The notes under the pieces are model-generated. The model worked only from the letters and a program-made list of their open reading frames with translations, was not told the origin of the DNA and made no database searches. A DNA stretch of 64,000 bases from Bdellovibrionales bacterium (lineage in GTDB: Bacteria > Bdellovibrionota > Bdellovibrionia > Bdellovibrionales > UBA1609): contig OZ241967.1 in NCBI GenBank assembly GCA_965204055.1, forward strand, positions 1,318,737 through 1,382,736, written 5' to 3'. Below, one piece after another: positions 18,662 to 26,648 of this stretch. The position numbers and the translations under genes were made by a program. How positions within the stretch are numbered: the first letter of the stretch is position 1; each line of letters begins with the position of its first letter.

Positions 18662-19778
18662 ATGTTTAAGTTTTATAAAGCCTTAACTTTTTTTTTGCGC
18701 AGAATAATTTTAGTCTTGCCGTTTTTTGCAACAGCTCAAAATCCAGTTGAAGCTCAACAACTTATTCGTTTTTCAAGAGGTTTCGCATACAAGGCTATAT
18801 CAGGACAAAGCATCAGTTTGGAATTACAAAACAATGAAGTAGATCTATCTCCTTTTGTTGGAATGATTAATAGGTTAAAAGAAACTGATTACGCAGAAGA
18901 TCTATTACATATGGAAAAAACGATTGATAGATCAATTCGTAAAGCAATCACCCCCCTTTGTGAACAAAGTTTATCTAAAGATAACTGTATTAAAACAGCT
19001 AAAAATAGTTTGGAAAATGCTTTTGATAAGGTGGTTAAGGAAAAAGAGAATCAGATTCTCTATCCTGAAAGTTTTTACAGCGTTTATGAACGATCTCCAA
19101 CAGAGATGAATAAAATACTCCAAAGAAACAATGAAATTTTGGATCGTGAATGCCAGAAGGGCCGTGATCAAAGAGACCTAACCATTGGCATATTCCTACT
19201 TCATCCCAACCATTGGCCTGAGCTACAAGATAAATTAAAATATAAAGATAAAGATTTTTTGAACGAAGTTTTACACACAGCTTATAATAGGTTTAAAGAA
19301 TCTTATGAATACCCTGAACAGTGTCTTGATCCGGCCAACAAGAACCATAGAGTTTGCAAAAAAATGCAAAAAAATTTGGCTATCATAGTGCAAAGATTTA
19401 CTTATCTAACAGAGTTAGTTTATGGCCGGGATATATTAAAAACCACCGAAGCTGAAGCCCCTTGTGTAGATTGTGTAGAAGAGGTTTTAACTCAAGAAGT
19501 AAGCACTTTAGACCAGCTTTTTTCTATTTTAGAAGAGCATGGCTTTTGTTCTAACCCCGCCCCTGGAGAAGAAAAACAAAGCAGAGGAATTATCAAGAAT
19601 TAGAGAGACAATAAAATCTATCGAATATTTGCAGGAATATTCTCTCGAGCAGGAAAAAACTATGCAAGTAAAAAATCCCCACGCAGACGCCCAGCATGAA
19701 GATGACTTCCACTGGTACGATTCTGCTCTTAAAGAACTAAGAGAAGAGTTAGAAATAGTGTCGGCTTGGCCGGATTGA
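18662..19778 (+). pseudogene. HExxH-family paralog C with the metalloprotease domain deleted and a frameshift
   Basis: ORF 18662..19603 aligns with the N-terminal ~300 aa of A/B up to APGEEKQ. ORF 19539..19778, in another frame, aligns with the C-terminal coiled coil (AEELSRIRE ... LKELREELEIVSAWPD). The HExxH region is absent. Confidence 0.75.
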
Positions 19779-19795
19779 TTCTTCCCCTGACTAAT

Positions 19796-19973
19796 TAGTA
19801 GCCCGTGAAAAAGGTTGTTATTTTGATTGGATTCCCACTTGAAAAAGGCTGAAAGCCCAAAGGACTTTCATTTTAGGTTCTGGATACCCGCTTTCAAGGG
19901 TCTGCAAAGCCAAGTACTTGGCTTTGCAGTTTAGAGATGAATGAGGTTTATCACAGACGACTAATTAAAGTGT
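19796..19973. mobile_element. MITE copy D
   Basis: Terminal inverted repeats agtagcccgtgaaaaag / tatcacagacgact. Internal palindrome ctgcaaagccaagtacttggctttgcag. Flanked by AATT on both sides. Confidence 0.65.
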
Positions 19974-20352
19974 GTTTTATCCGTTTTTTAAGTTTAAGAA
20001 TGTGTTTATATGCACAACTAAAGTCCAGAAAAAATCATTTTTTAAAGTCTGACCTCAATGATACCGATTTAATTTTAACAGAATCTTACTCTTTACCCTA
20101 AAACAAGCAAGATTCCTGCTCTTAAGCAGGAATGACGACGGTAAAGTTACAAGATTCTTGCCTACAAGGCTGAAAAACCAACAACTTAGCTTTGCAGAGT
20201 AGAGATGAACGAGGTTATTCACAAACGAATAGGTTAAAGGATAAAATGAAAAATATATTGATTAAAAGACAGAAATTACAATACTTTGCAAAGTGGCTTT
20301 GCACTATACTCGCCAGTCGATATTGTTGTAAGTTGTTGAAATTATTAAGGAT

Positions 20353-20372
20353 CCCCCCCCCCCCCCCCCCCC
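20353..20372. repeat. homopolymeric C20 tract
   Basis: Counted directly: 20 consecutive C in an AT-rich intergenic region about 100 bp upstream of ORF 20470. Confidence 0.97.
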
Positions 20373-20469
20373 GCACCGCGTCATTTTTCAGCACGGTTCA
20401 TCGTCTGATATAGAACCACCCTGTGTCCAAAAGAAAGAGGTTTTACCTACTAAGTGGCTTTTTAAAAGT

Positions 20470-20823
20470 GTGTTGTTTCTGACTCGCTTAGTAATTTTAG
20501 TTCTGCTTTGTGTACCAGTTTTTTTATTTGAACTTCAAGTAATATCAGTCCTCATTCCCTCAGCAGAGGGAGACACAACCTGTAACCTCCCAAGCTATAC
20601 AGGTTGTGAGGAAGATATTTTTTACTTTTATACTCCACAAGTGGCCAGAGAATGCACTAAAGATAGATGGCAAGAAGGTAATACGCATTTTCATCCACCC
20701 AACTACGGAACGGGGTGGTGTGAGGTTGATCTTAGAGCAAAAAAAATTCCAAGAACTTTTTTAACCTTTTTAAACGAGGTTTTTCCCGATGCAGATATAA
20801 ACGAAATAAGCGGTGCGCGTTAA
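20470..20823 (+). CDS. small secreted/membrane-anchored Cys-containing protein
   Basis: GTG start, hydrophobic N-terminus LVILVLLCVPVFLF. No recognised domain. Confidence 0.5.
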   Translation: MLFLTRLVILVLLCVPVFLFELQVISVLIPSAEGDTTCNLPSYTGCEEDIFYFYTPQVARECTKDRWQEGNTHFHPPNYGTGWCEVDLRAKKIPRTFLTFLNEVFPDADINEISGAR

Positions 20824-20955
20824 AAGCAAACCCCAAAAACAAAAATAAGGAGGAGGAAGATGAGAAGTAAAAATCTACAACTAATAAACTTAAACAAGGA
20901 GTAAGAAAATGAAAACAATAAACTTAAAAATTAACCAAAAAAAAGGAGCAAGAAA

Positions 20956-22011
20956 ATGAACACAATAAATAAAATTATGAAAAAAACAAGCTTTTTCAAA
21001 GGATTACCAGGAAATATAAGTCTTTTGGCTTTTGTTCTGATAAGTGGTTCTTTTACAGCTTATGGAGACTCTTCTGCCATCCCTTGTGATTATATATCAC
21101 ATCGTAATGCCAACCTTCAGAATTGGAGCTCTCAAACAGGATTTGTATACTGCAATAAAAATGGTAAAATAGTTAAGGGTCATGTGTTAAACAGTGCAAG
21201 AGTGAACTATGTATCTGTGTGGGTCACCACTGCCAAAGGAGAGGCTACACAACACAAAGTGCCTCTTCGTTCTGGCATCCAGGTAAAAGATATATCCGAA
21301 TACCAATATAACATTGCTGATCATCCTGAAGTGGCAAGACAATTACGAAGGATGGAAGTGGCAAAAGTGGGTGACACCATTGCTTTGGCTCCCAATGGAA
21401 TAGGGCTTTCAAATAGCACTAAAATCTTGGAAAATGGGGCTGATTTTTTTGTCCAACCCAATGTAGAATCTAATGAGTCTTTGCAATTAAAAAACTCTTC
21501 CCAATTCAGCTCTTTAGCAGAATACACTAAAAACAACGAAGGATACCACAGGCCAACGATAAATTGTAAATATGAAACAGAACCCACTGTTGTTAAAGGA
21601 CGTTGTGCTCGATCAGGCCGTTATAATATCTCCACTTGTGTGGGAAAAGTGAGATGTGCTATTAGGAGAGATGGCAAACGCACCCCTTATGAGGAGAGCT
21701 TCGCTCGTATTCGCTCCGGTGATTCAGTCTCTATAGAAATGGGAGGGGGTTTGGGATTAGATGATTGGCAGGAAATCCAAATAAAAAATGTAACTTGTGA
21801 TCTTGCCAGAGTTCGCTATAATGATGATGATCCTTACACTTGTCCAACAGCAACCGAATGTATGTTGGATGAAGATCCCTATACAAAAGCCGTTTCATCG
21901 AGACAAGTGCGGTATCAACAGACACCTAACATGTACAATCAAGATGAATATCAACACTACCCAAAAAATGTCGAAGAAAGACGTAGCGGGTCTGCTGGAT
22001 CTACACAGTAA
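20956..22011 (+). CDS. secreted protein (351 aa), unknown function
   Basis: Signal peptide (ISLLAFVLISGSFTAYG), multiple Cys, RBS aaggag. Preceded by two mini-ORFs. Confidence 0.65.
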   Translation: MNTINKIMKKTSFFKGLPGNISLLAFVLISGSFTAYGDSSAIPCDYISHRNANLQNWSSQTGFVYCNKNGKIVKGHVLNSARVNYVSVWVTTAKGEATQHKVPLRSGIQVKDISEYQYNIADHPEVARQLRRMEVAKVGDTIALAPNGIGLSNSTKILENGADFFVQPNVESNESLQLKNSSQFSSLAEYTKNNEGYHRPTINCKYETEPTVVKGRCARSGRYNISTCVGKVRCAIRRDGKRTPYEESFARIRSGDSVSIEMGGGLGLDDWQEIQIKNVTCDLARVRYNDDDPYTCPTATECMLDEDPYTKAVSSRQVRYQQTPNMYNQDEYQHYPKNVEERRSGSAGSTQ

Positions 22012-22028
22012 CACCTTGGAGGTTTATT

Positions 22029-22388
22029 ATGAAATTAAATACATATAAAAAATTTGTTCAGACAGGTTGGAGTTTTGCACTTGTTTTGGCAATGTTGTTT
22101 TCACTCACTTCTCATGGTGCTATAGAAAATGCTGTTATAGAGGGTATAGTGGTGAGTTACGACAAGAAAACAGTTACCCTTTTACAAAGCCAGGGCCAAA
22201 GAGTTAAAGTCCCCAGAAAGTCCATCCCTAAGAATATTAAATTAAAAACAGGTATTAAAGTGGAGGCTGTTTTAGATAGTGAAAAGTTAATGAAACAAAT
22301 TAGAGAAATCAAAGCAGAAGAGCAGAAGACTAAAAAAACTAAAAATACCCTATCGCAAGAAGAACCAGCCCGCCGGGGAAAGAAATAG
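22029..22388 (+). CDS. secreted protein (119 aa), unknown function
   Basis: Signal peptide, Lys-rich tail, RBS ggagg 6 nt upstream. Same strand and tightly spaced with 20956..22011. Confidence 0.6.
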   Translation: MKLNTYKKFVQTGWSFALVLAMLFSLTSHGAIENAVIEGIVVSYDKKTVTLLQSQGQRVKVPRKSIPKNIKLKTGIKVEAVLDSEKLMKQIREIKAEEQKTKKTKNTLSQEEPARRGKK

Positions 22389-22478
22389 GAATATAAAAAA
22401 GCCATCATTTTAAAATGAGTTGGATGATTCGAATAAAATGACCAAAGGGTGGTTTTTATGAACCACCTCTTTTCTTTA

Positions 22479-22570
22479 TTAAAAATAAAAACTCGGGTTT
22501 TTTGTCTCTTGCTCTCTAATCCAATCATAAGTCCAACGCATATTGGACATAACATTTTTTCTGTAATCAA
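22479..22570 (-). pseudogene. C-terminal remnant of a Dam-like methyltransferase paralog
   Basis: IDYRKNVMSNMRWTYDWIREQ is nearly identical to the C-terminus of the MTase at 34539..35777 (DYRKNVMSNMRWTYDWIKEK). Confidence 0.55.
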
Positions 22571-22901
22571 TAGCAAGTTTTGCATAGTGTAATTGCTTTT
22601 TAACCCAAGTTATATACGCAAACCAACAAGCTTTAATTGGTTTTGCATAATGTAATTGCTTTTCAGCCTCTATGTAGTAGCACGTGAAAAAGCTCTGATT
22701 AGATGAGTTACTTGTTTGTTTATTGGAAAGGTCCCCCTTGGAAACTAAAAAGCCAAGTTGTTGGCTCTGCAAAGCCAAATCATTGGCTTTGCAGTCCCTT
22801 GCAGGCGGGAATCCAGTCAAAAAAAAGACTTTATCACGGAGGACTATGTATAGGAAATATTAAACTAAACCCCCATTTTTTTTCATTTATCGGTTTAAAA
22901 A

Positions 22902-24572
22902 TCAACAGACTTTGAGTTTGAGTATTCTGTCTATGCGGAACATTCTTTCGTCCTGCATATTTAAGCAAAAAGCTCGCATGCCTTGATATTTTGTGCCCTT
23001 GTAAGTTTGCCAACCACATTCCAAAGGTTCCACCACAAAGAAGGATTTTAGGTCATTGGTTTTGAGATACTGGATCTTCAGTTGTTTTTTGCTTTCGATA
23101 GCCTTTTGAATAAGAATCATTTTATCTTGGACAGACATTTCCCTTTCTGCTTGGCGATATTGCCATTGGGTTAAAAATTTCATAATTCGATAATCAACAC
23201 GGATATGTTGTTTTTGGATAGGCACTTTCAACACAAGACCTTTAAAAGAAACACATCGGCTGAGGGCCACATAGGCTTGACCGCTGGCAAACATACCCCG
23301 GCTCATATCTATAATCACTCGCTCAAAAGTTTTGCCTTGACTTTTATGAATAGTGATGGCCCAGGCCAAACGAAAAGGGAATTGAGTAAAAGTGCCCACT
23401 AAATCTGAAGTAATAGCTTTCTTTTTTTCGGAGAAGGAAAATTGATAAATTTCCCATGTATGAGGAGACACAGAAACGATTTTATTTTCTGGATAAAGCT
23501 GAACTCGCACAAAATATTCTTTTCTGTTCTCTATATTTGCGCGATCCTCTATGTCCAAGTGGTTTTCTATGTCCACGCTATTCTCTATGTCCAAGTGGTT
23601 TTCTATGTCCACGCTATTCTCTGTGTCCACGCTATTCTCTGTGTCCACGCGAACCTCTATACCTACAATACGACCCACACTGCCATTCACCCATCGCTTT
23701 TTTGAATCATTGTTGAGGAGCATAACTTGCGCGCCTTTTTTAAATTTTAAAAGCTCATGGGTAGGAAAATACTCCTTTCCCACTTGGCCAGATATAATTG
23801 CTGAAGACTGAAAAACTTTGCCTTTTAGTTTTTTTAAACGTTCTTCGTTAATTTTATCAGCGGTTTTGTTGATAGCATTTAAACTTATATAAAACTGATT
23901 TTTTTCTGGCTTAAAAGAAGGAAGAAAACGGCGGTTTAAACAATCAATGTCATACTGCTGAACAGAGTTGTTTCTCACTCGATTTAACAGTTCTATAAAT
24001 TTTTGATCTTTTTGCCTGTAAACTTTTTCTAACTCTATGATTTCCATTTTAAACTTGTGCAGAGCTTTTGCACTAAAAAAAAAGGGAGATTCATACTGAG
24101 AGGAAAATACTTCTTTTTCCTTTGCTGTTACCACAGGAGGTAGCTGATAGAGATCACCGATAAAAATCATCTGCACTCCTCCAAAGGGCTTTGTTTTTTG
24201 AGGTCCATATCGACGTAAAAAAATATCTACACAATCTAAAAGATCGGCCCGTACCATAGATATTTCATCAATAATCAAGGTTTTTAAATTTTTATAAATA
24301 GCAGGATCTTTAGGCTTTTTTTTGCTTTTTTTTATTTTCTCTACATGAACATCTATATAAAATTTAAAAAAATTGTGTATGGTTTGGCCCTTTATATTTA
24401 ATGCGGCTACTCCTGTAGGAGCCAGTATCACAGGCTTTTTATCTGTAATAGAGCAAAAATATTCCAACAAAGTGGATTTACCTGTCCCGGCCTTTCCGGT
24501 GATAAAGAGGTTTTTTGTGGCTCTCATACCTTGAAGAGCCTGATTAAACTGAGGATTAATGTCTAACTTCAT
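22902..24572 (-). CDS. PIF1/RecD-family helicase with a WYL-like C-terminal domain and an internal 6-aa repeat insert
   Basis: Walker A GKAGTGKST, LIIDEISMV, FIGDLYQLPPV, ITIHKSQGKTF and ALSRC. C-terminal ~90 aa ending MFRIDRILKLKV resemble a WYL domain. The start is taken at MKLDINPQ (ATG 24572) because the upstream part of the ORF is made of 60-bp direct repeats. Confidence 0.85.
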   Translation of the reverse strand: MKLDINPQFNQALQGMRATKNLFITGKAGTGKSTLLEYFCSITDKKPVILAPTGVAALNIKGQTIHNFFKFYIDVHVEKIKKSKKKPKDPAIYKNLKTLIIDEISMVRADLLDCVDIFLRRYGPQKTKPFGGVQMIFIGDLYQLPPVVTAKEKEVFSSQYESPFFFSAKALHKFKMEIIELEKVYRQKDQKFIELLNRVRNNSVQQYDIDCLNRRFLPSFKPEKNQFYISLNAINKTADKINEERLKKLKGKVFQSSAIISGQVGKEYFPTHELLKFKKGAQVMLLNNDSKKRWVNGSVGRIVGIEVRVDTENSVDTENSVDIENHLDIENSVDIENHLDIEDRANIENRKEYFVRVQLYPENKIVSVSPHTWEIYQFSFSEKKKAITSDLVGTFTQFPFRLAWAITIHKSQGKTFERVIIDMSRGMFASGQAYVALSRCVSFKGLVLKVPIQKQHIRVDYRIMKFLTQWQYRQAEREMSVQDKMILIQKAIESKKQLKIQYLKTNDLKSFFVVEPLECGWQTYKGTKYQGMRAFCLNMQDERMFRIDRILKLKVC

Positions 24573-24624
24573 TTTCCAACTTTTATAGACTCCCACGGCT
24601 AAAATCGTGGTGCTCTGTCTTTGA

Positions 24625-24773
24625 CCGCATAGTGATATGCCAGTCAAATGACCAGAGCAATAACCTTTAGACTTTGCGGAAACTCCGCATAGTGATATGC
24701 CAGTCAAATGACCAAAAGTGACCCCCCCGACGATTCAAGCCACTGGACCCGTAATATGACAGTCAAATGACCA
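24625..24773. repeat. three direct repeats of about 30 bp at 60-bp spacing upstream of the helicase gene
   Basis: ccgcatagtgatatgccagtcaaatgacca occurs at 24625-24654 and 24685-24714 (identical). A degenerate third copy lies at 24748-24773. Confidence 0.8.
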
Positions 24774-24911
24774 AAAGTCAATAAAAAAAGTTAGCAAAGT
24801 ACTACTCTCCTAAAGGGGCAACCCTCTGCCCCATCATCGCTACTGATCGCCCCAGAGATAAGTTTGACAGATGTTAATTTTAGAAAACGACAAAAAAGCT
24901 CTGATAAATTA

Positions 24912-25840
24912 TTATTGGCTTGTTCGAAAAGCAAAACGACACATGGTGTTTATAGTCCGCGATAATAAAGTGGGCCGGTTGTGACTATTTTTATGCAATA
25001 CAGCCTTCAGACTTTGTCTCTCTTTTTCATTTTCAGCCTCCTTTATGAGAATAGAAAACTCCTGTTCCAAGAGTTGTTTTAGCTTAGATTTCTGCTTTTG
25101 AGATTCAGCTTGACTTATGAGAGTATCAAATTCCTGCATGATTTCAGAAGAGGACTTTCCCTTCCGTAGCAAAGGCATAAGCTTTTCAAGCAGTCTATTA
25201 TAAGCCTGCTGGTTCCCTCGCCCATATATATCTAAATTGTATATATCTAATACCCCCATATAGGGTGTGTTTCCATCACGATTTCTCATACTAAGATCAG
25301 CACCATACTGAACAAGAACTTTAATAACATCTATTATTCTTCTAAAAGGCATAGTGCCACGGGAATACCGCCAATTTAATTCTTGCACCATTAGGTGTAA
25401 AGAAGACTCCTTCTGATATCCACTTACTATGGGAAACATTTTTAGATCTACATCTGCTCCAGCCTTAAGAAGTGCTGACACAGCCTTTGGGCTTTCAGCG
25501 GTATAGATAGCAAAATCCAAAGGAAACCTTCCGTTTATAGGTTGATTCAGATCCACTTTAGATTTCCTCACTATGGCTTCAATTTCTGAAGGGTTGTCCA
25601 GAATAGCTTGCATAAGAGGATGAAGTCTTGTCCACGGTTCATGCCCTGCTCTTTTTGCATGAAAAAACGCTGATTTTTCAGAAGGAACTGCGCCACCGAT
25701 AATATGACCACCTATTTCCAATCGAGGGGTTCTATAGCGACCCGCGAAGCCATAAGGAATTACATATTCGGCTGTATCGGCTGTACTTGAATGTACTTGA
25801 GGAACTAATAGAAAAAAAATCCTAAAAGTAATATCTTCAT
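24912..25840 (-). pseudogene. secreted ankyrin-repeat protein, signal peptide separated from the body by a frameshift in an A8/T8 tract
   Basis: Ankyrin consensus (LLKAGADVDL, SSLHLMV, LVQYGADLSMRNRDGNTPY). ATG at 25840 with RBS aggagg encodes MKILLLGFFF then stops. One extra T would fuse it in frame to the 24912..25721 ORF. Confidence 0.7.
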
Positions 25841-25964
25841 TAAAGACCTCCTATGTTTTGGTAAATTTTCAAATCTGTTTAATCAGAAACAAAATACATA
25901 GATTATATTGTTACGATTGACTAAAGCTGTTTTTCCATATAATTTAAACACAATCGACAAAAGT

Positions 25965-26294
25965 TCAACAAAAAAAAGCTCTGTATGTAAAAATTACCTG
26001 GTGGCCCATTGTGCATGACGATAACATATCTTTGACACCTATTTTTTTGGTGATTTTTTTTCTGGATACATGTTTTTTAGTAGTTAAAGCAGACGACACT
26101 AAACTGACAGCTATTCTGTTATAAGTATCTGTATTTTTTTTATATTCCTTAATAGCCCCTTTGACCACTTTCTTCATAAATATTCTTATTACCTGTCGAC
26201 TCATTATCTTGATAGCCCCTTTGACCGCTTTCTTCGCTGTTCTTTTTACTTTGCCAGCAACCCATTTAAAAATTCCATTCTTTTTCTTTTTCAT
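25965..26294 (-). CDS. Lys-rich hypothetical protein (109 aa)
   Basis: ORF only; internal repeat KKAVKGAIKI / KKVVKGAIKE. Confidence 0.4.
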   Translation of the reverse strand: MKKKKNGIFKWVAGKVKRTAKKAVKGAIKIMSRQVIRIFMKKVVKGAIKEYKKNTDTYNRIAVSLVSSALTTKKHVSRKKITKKIGVKDMLSSCTMGHQVIFTYRAFFC

Positions 26295-26337
26295 ATTTCT
26301 TCCTTTGTTTTACTTATTTATGACACTAATTCAAGCG

Positions 26338-26432
26338 ATGGATCGGATATGAAAAATGGGACAGTTTACTTAAAATAAACTTGTTCGTAAACCAATGGGC
26401 TTTTGTTGTCAAGGCTGGAGTATATTCGCCTT
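26338..26432 (-). mobile_element. IS3-family right-end fragment
   Basis: tggatcggatatgaaaaatgggacagtttactt...ggcttttgttgtcaaggctggagt aligns with the reverse complement of the right end of the IS at 40364-41619. Confidence 0.55.
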
Positions 26433-26574
26433 GTCCTATAAAAATTCTAAATTATTCCATTTTCGAATAAAAAATTCGGATTCCGAATTTTTATACCCCA
26501 AAACCTTATAAAAAGCCCTTTTTTAGCGCGATCCCAATCTTGCATATATATAAAATGAAACACAGACAGATAGG

Positions 26575-26598
26575 CAAACAAACAAACAAACAAACAAA
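26575..26598. repeat. (CAAA)6 tetranucleotide repeat
   Basis: Counted directly. Followed by degenerate (T)AAA-rich repeats up to the Rpn gene start. Confidence 0.9.
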
Positions 26599-26648
26599 TA
26601 GGTAAATAGGTAAATAAATAAACAAATAAACAAAATAGGAAAACAAAA

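Noticed and set aside
20192-20413. ORF encoding ...RIPPPPPPRTA... across the poly-C tract.
   Set aside because: The proline run is just the translation of the C20 homopolymer. The ORF begins inside MITE-type repeat sequence and has no RBS. The tract is more plausibly regulatory.
22157-23019. ORFs 22157..22585, 22479..22820, 22703..22915 and 22834..23019 between the secreted-protein operon and the helicase gene.
   Set aside because: The region is a patchwork: a methyltransferase 3' remnant, a direct repeat (gcataRtgtaattgctttt) and MITE palindromes. Only the last ~30 codons of 22479..22820 have any homology signal, and those are reported as a pseudogene.
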